Shown: positions 59,701 through 62,713 of the stretch, piece by piece
How positions within the stretch are numbered: position 1 is the first letter of the stretch
Layout: every line of letters begins with the position of its first letter
Assembly (NCBI GenBank): GCA_964606775.1
Contig: CAZSGW010000001.1
Coordinates: forward strand, 90,002-152,714
Origin: Candidatus Woesearchaeota archaeon
GTDB lineage: Archaea > Nanobdellota > Nanobdellia > Pacearchaeales > GW2011-AR1
Length of the DNA: 62,713 bases
Reading direction: 5' to 3'
Notes under the pieces: model-generated
Seen by the model: only the letters and a program-made list of their open reading frames with translations
The model's database searches: none
What the model was told of the DNA's origin: nothing
Made by a program: the position numbers and the translations under genes

Positions 59701-62700
59701 CTTCCGTGAGTCGATGTTGAATATGACTGTGATGTTAAATCCGCATTCACAAACTCTAAACAAAAATATAATTGCTCTTGTCCCGAAGTCTCGTTTCCAT
59801 AATTCAAAGAGTTATTCCCATTAGATAAAATTGCTGAACTAATGCTTATCTGAGAAGCATTAACTAATGAATCCCCCCCACATACATTAGAAACACTAAC
59901 TGAAAAATTCTCAGCATAAATTATCTTTGAATTATCAGATTCTCCAACCAAATCATAACCTGTAACATTTACATCTCCGACCGCAACACCATCATTTCCA
60001 GTATTGTTCAAAAGAAGAGGATTATTGTCCGCAAGAATATTTGAATCAGAAGCACTAATGTCTGTCCAGTTTAATGAAGAGGAAGACATTACAAATGCTG
60101 TTAATTCATTATACTGAAAACTAGTAGAATCATTAACTGAAACAGCCTCTGAATTATCTTTAGCATAAACAATTACATTCCAATCTCCGGCTCCGTCAAA
60201 ATACCACATCCCAATTGTACAAGAGTAATTTGCAGTAGTAGAATCCAAATCTCCAACTAAAACACAAGATGAATTATAACGAGTAGTTTCCCCTGTCCGA
60301 GAGAATGATGCATTAATTGAAGAATCATTTATATCTCCAACACCCTCGGCATCAGAAACATTTACAAAAAATTCAACACTTGTTGTAGAACTTTCTGTAG
60401 GATTTATATTTGGAATTGAAGAAACACTTATTTGAGGAGCTGTATTTGCTTCCCCTAAAATTGTAAGATTATTACTCGTTTCAGTCGTTCCAGCTTCAGT
60501 TGAAGAGAAAGGAGTAACTTCACAAGTCCAATTTTCACCTGCATTTGTTTCATCTGAAACTATTAAATCTGTTCTGTTATTGTATATTGCCTTTATTTGT
60601 TGTGGTGATAAGGAGTGGTTATAGATTCTCAAGTCATCAATGGTTCCATTAAAAGGTCCAAAAGCGCTGTTATAAGAAAAATTCAAACCTACAAAAAGTT
60701 GAGGCATAGGAAATCTATCGTCAACTAAAGTAGTGCTGTTTGAAACTAATTGTCCATCAAAATAAAGTTCATGAAAATTATCATTCCACCTGCCTATTGC
60801 TGCAACATGGTGCCAGTTCAGATCAGCAGGATATCCATCAACAGTAGTGTAAGACATTTGAGCATCAGCATCATTAAAAGATTCAAATCTCCAGTCTATA
60901 CTTGAACTGTCAAGTGCAATATAGAAATATTTAGAAGAATCATCGCCACCGTCAATTAAAGTTCCGCCATTACCTGTAAGGCTATCTGCTTTGTACCATA
61001 AAGTGATCGTAAAGTTTGTTTGTGTTGGAATAACATCACTTGATAAATTGATGTATTCAGAATTACTTTTATCAAATTTGAATGCGCCATATCCATCATG
61101 ACCGCCTGATTTATTCCAATTCCCTCCGCCATTTGTTGCATCATTATTGTTGCCGGAGTAATCTAATAATGCGTTTGTAGAGTTGCCTTCCATTGGCATA
61201 TATAAAACCATGTCAGGTGTTCCGTTTTTATACCATGAAACTGCTGCAGTTGTTGCACTTCCATTTAGATCATATTGACAAGTTAAATTATCACTAGTTA
61301 AATTATTTGTTGATGTTGCATTCAAAAATAAAGTCTCTAAATCCGGATCAGGAGTTAAAAGTCTCATATACCCCCAACTATCAGGTCTATTATACGCACT
61401 TCCTGTAAACCAATGTCCAGAATTATCGGCATTTCCACCATCATCATCATCATTAAAGTAAGTATAGAACCCCAAGATATCCTCATAATTAACAGTATAA
61501 TCTAAATCACTCCAAGGAATTGCAAACTCTAAAATATAATAATTATCAGTGTCTCCATTATCATTTAAAGTCCCTGAATAAGTTGAATCTCTTTCACCTG
61601 TAAAATTCCAAGTATAATTGTAAGCTGATTGAGATCCTCCAATCTGCCCATTTCCATCATAGGTAGCATTTCCAACAGAATAGATTATTTGATAATCATC
61701 TGGATACATCATCATTGTTTTATTATTCAAAATATCAAAAAACACTTGGACATTATCATCCTTATTTGCAGAAGTATCAATCGTTCCAGGAGAAGCTGAA
61801 TCATTCCACAATTCTGCATCTGTTGCATTAACTGCAACATAAACATAATCATTATCATACATTAAATAAACAGTTGCAGTATTGTCATCCCCACTATAAG
61901 TCACATTATTTGCAGAAGTCCATTCACTCAAATCAGCATCGATGGTTGCAGAACCATAAGTTACATTAATTATGTCCTTTCTTTCCAAAGTATAATTCAA
62001 AGAATCACTTGAATAATATTGTCCATCATAAGCTGTAGCCTGACAAGTCCAATTATCTTGATAAGTTAAATTTCCAACCAAAACAGAAGAAACTAAACTT
62101 AAAGTATTGTTATCAATCAATCCAGATTGACCAGATAAAAATTCAACTGAATTATTATACCAAGTATAGTTAACATAAACCTGTGAAGCATTACTCGAAG
62201 TAACATTTGCATAACAGTTAAAATCCCCTTCATTATCAGAATAAATTTTCACATCCGTTACATTCAAAAGAAGAGTAGTAAAATTCCCACTCTGATTAAC
62301 TTCCAATCCAGTTGTATCATTCGCATAAATTGTATAATTCACTTCACCAACTGGAAATGTTTCATTAGTTCCAAAAGTTATACTCCAAAGATTTCCAGAA
62401 ATCAATTGTAAAAACCCTTGGAAAATCACATTAGAAACTCCAACCAATCCCTCCCAAACTTTCACCCAAACAGAATCAATATCATCATCAACATCTGTAA
62501 TTGTTGCATTTATCGTCACATTATCTCCAACCTGAACAACTCCATCTTCAGTGCCAGATTCGTTTATGTCGATTACTTCTGTTATGTTTGGAGAATCAAA
62601 TTCAATATCCAAAACATTCGAAATTTCAGTTATTCCAGCCTCAGCAGAGTTAAATGGGGTAACTTCACAAGTCCAGTTTTCACCTACATTTGTTTCTTCT

Positions 62701-62713
62701 GAAACTATCAAGT
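59148..62713 (-). CDS. giant surface glycoprotein-like protein (N-terminus outside the window) with LamG and CBM9-like domains, one TM-like segment and a cytoplasmic double-HTH tail
   Basis: The frame is open from the window edge (at least 1188 codons). Domain evidence is given in separate entries and in the findings. Confidence 0.8.
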   Translation of the reverse strand, partial: LIVSEETNVGENWTCEVTPFNSAEAGITEISNVLDIEFDSPNITEVIDINESGTEDGVVQVGDNVTINATITDVDDDIDSVWVKVWEGLVGVSNVIFQGFLQLISGNLWSITFGTNETFPVGEVNYTIYANDTTGLEVNQSGNFTTLLLNVTDVKIYSDNEGDFNCYANVTSSNASQVYVNYTWYNNSVEFLSGQSGLIDNNTLSLVSSVLVGNLTYQDNWTCQATAYDGQYYSSDSLNYTLERKDIINVTYGSATIDADLSEWTSANNVTYSGDDNTATVYLMYDNDYVYVAVNATDAELWNDSASPGTIDTSANKDDNVQVFFDILNNKTMMMYPDDYQIIYSVGNATYDGNGQIGGSQSAYNYTWNFTGERDSTYSGTLNDNGDTDNYYILEFAIPWSDLDYTVNYEDILGFYTYFNDDDDGGNADNSGHWFTGSAYNRPDSWGYMRLLTPDPDLETLFLNATSTNNLTSDNLTCQYDLNGSATTAAVSWYKNGTPDMVLYMPMEGNSTNALLDYSGNNNDATNGGGNWNKSGGHDGYGAFKFDKSNSEYINLSSDVIPTQTNFTITLWYKADSLTGNGGTLIDGGDDSSKYFYIALDSSSIDWRFESFNDADAQMSYTTVDGYPADLNWHHVAAIGRWNDNFHELYFDGQLVSNSTTLVDDRFPMPQLFVGLNFSYNSAFGPFNGTIDDLRIYNHSLSPQQIKAIYNNRTDLIVSDETNAGENWTCEVTPFSSTEAGTTETSNNLTILGEANTAPQISVSSIPNINPTESSTTSVEFFVNVSDAEGVGDINDSSINASFSRTGETTRYNSSCVLVGDLDSTTANYSCTIGMWYFDGAGDWNVIVYAKDNSEAVSVNDSTSFQYNELTAFVMSSSSLNWTDISASDSNILADNNPLLLNNTGNDGVAVGDVNVTGYDLVGESDNSKIIYAENFSVSVSNVCGGDSLVNASQISISSAILSNGNNSLNYGNETSGQEQLYFCLEFVNADLTSQSYSTSTHGSWIISIMLAVVVPARRRKKKKKYTLKELDKLAKELKAEGLVGDLINKLIELPKEQKQEEGIEEAVPVSIFQGKLGPSEALTKYLKENKKMRFSEISKLINRDPRTISTNYRNAIEKDKIKIKSKKDNLFVSADIFSNRNLSIMESLVYELRKRKMKNSEIARVLNKDPRNIWTLHARALRKLNN
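59696..59749. repeat. 54-nt near-identical repeat (copy in the giant gene)
   Basis: TCCAACTTCCGTGAGTCGATGTTGAATATGACTGTGATGTTAAATCCGCATTCA differs from 58206-58259 at 3 positions. Weaker similarity continues for several hundred nt. Confidence 0.85.
60481..60570. repeat. internal ~90-nt repeat of the giant gene (post-LamG motif)
   Basis: It encodes LIVSDETNAGENWTCEVTPFSSTEAGTTETS. Its partner at 62625-62713 encodes (M)IVSEETNVGENWTCEVTPFNSAEAGITEIS. By eye, about four fifths of the nucleotides are identical. Confidence 0.8.
60575..61210 (-). other. LamG (concanavalin A-like lectin, LamG_3-type) domain
   Basis: LYMPMEGNSTNALLDYSGNNNDAT...FTITLWYKA...WHHVAAI...LYFDGQLV...GTIDDLRIYNHSLSPQQIKAIYNNR has the classic LamG_3 start and the DD.RIYN..LS..EI end signature. 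Confidence 0.75.
61355..61960 (-). other. CBM9/DOMON-like sugar-binding beta-sandwich (tentative)
   Basis: GSATIDADLSEWTSANNVTYSGDDNTATVYLMYDNDYVYVAVNATDAELWND ... RPDSWGYMRLL resembles the carbohydrate-binding family 9-like pattern (idG.l.E.W... v.l.yD...LYva..v.D ... P..wG.l.l). Confidence 0.45.

Noticed and set aside
1-62713. A search by eye for CRISPR arrays, rRNA genes, transposases or integrases, and prophage-like blocks, including next to the two tRNA genes.
   Set aside because: I found no regularly spaced 25-40 nt direct repeats, no rRNA-like GC-rich long non-coding stretch, and no DDE or tyrosine/serine recombinase motifs. No duplicated tRNA 3' half marks an integration site. The only exact repeats found are the 20-, 54- and 60-nt ones reported.

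Overview
This is an AT-rich, very gene-dense archaeal chromosome segment in which many neighbouring genes overlap by 1-4 nt at their start and stop codons (ATGA or TAATG). The archaeal origin rests on informational genes recognisable by eye: ribosomal proteins S3Ae, L44e and S15, aEF-1beta, aIF-2alpha, a Nop10-like micro-ORF, SRP54 and FtsY, RadA, an RPA-like protein, GINS51, a RecJ/GAN-like DHH nuclease, Bud32, and a split Hef/XPF. There is also a tRNA-Thr(UGU) and a tRNA-Gln(UUG) with an A1-U72 first pair. Metabolic content is sparse (ApgM, an agmatinase-family enzyme, cmk), while a large share of the window encodes secreted or membrane-anchored proteins. By inference only, this fits a DPANN-like, surface-attached lifestyle.

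Three accessory blocks stand out:
1. Positions 1-7817 hold two paralogous modules, each a class III (prepilin-type) signal-peptide protein followed by a large secreted protein.
2. Positions 28701 to about 44200 hold a type IV pilus-like locus. It contains an A24 prepilin peptidase, at least 9 pilin-like genes (three are micro-ORFs absent from the supplied track), a polytopic platform candidate, a FlaI/VirB11-type ATPase and a transmembrane wHTH protein. It is flanked by a Cys-rich surface protein carrying a mucin-type WxxW/CysD-like domain and a FISUMP-domain protein.
3. Positions 55865-62713 hold a surface-protein operon. Its giant LamG/CBM9-like member continues through one hydrophobic segment into a cytoplasmic double-HTH tail.

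Other points of note are an FmrO/ArmA/Rmt-like 16S rRNA methyltransferase homologue, Hef split into helicase and nuclease genes with cmk inserted between them, an M50-like protein lacking HExxH, a decayed HicAB pair, and a 60-nt segmental duplication. I saw no rRNA, CRISPR array, transposase or integrase. All calls come from reading motifs in the sequence and ORF track; no database search was run, and accession-free family names are from memory.
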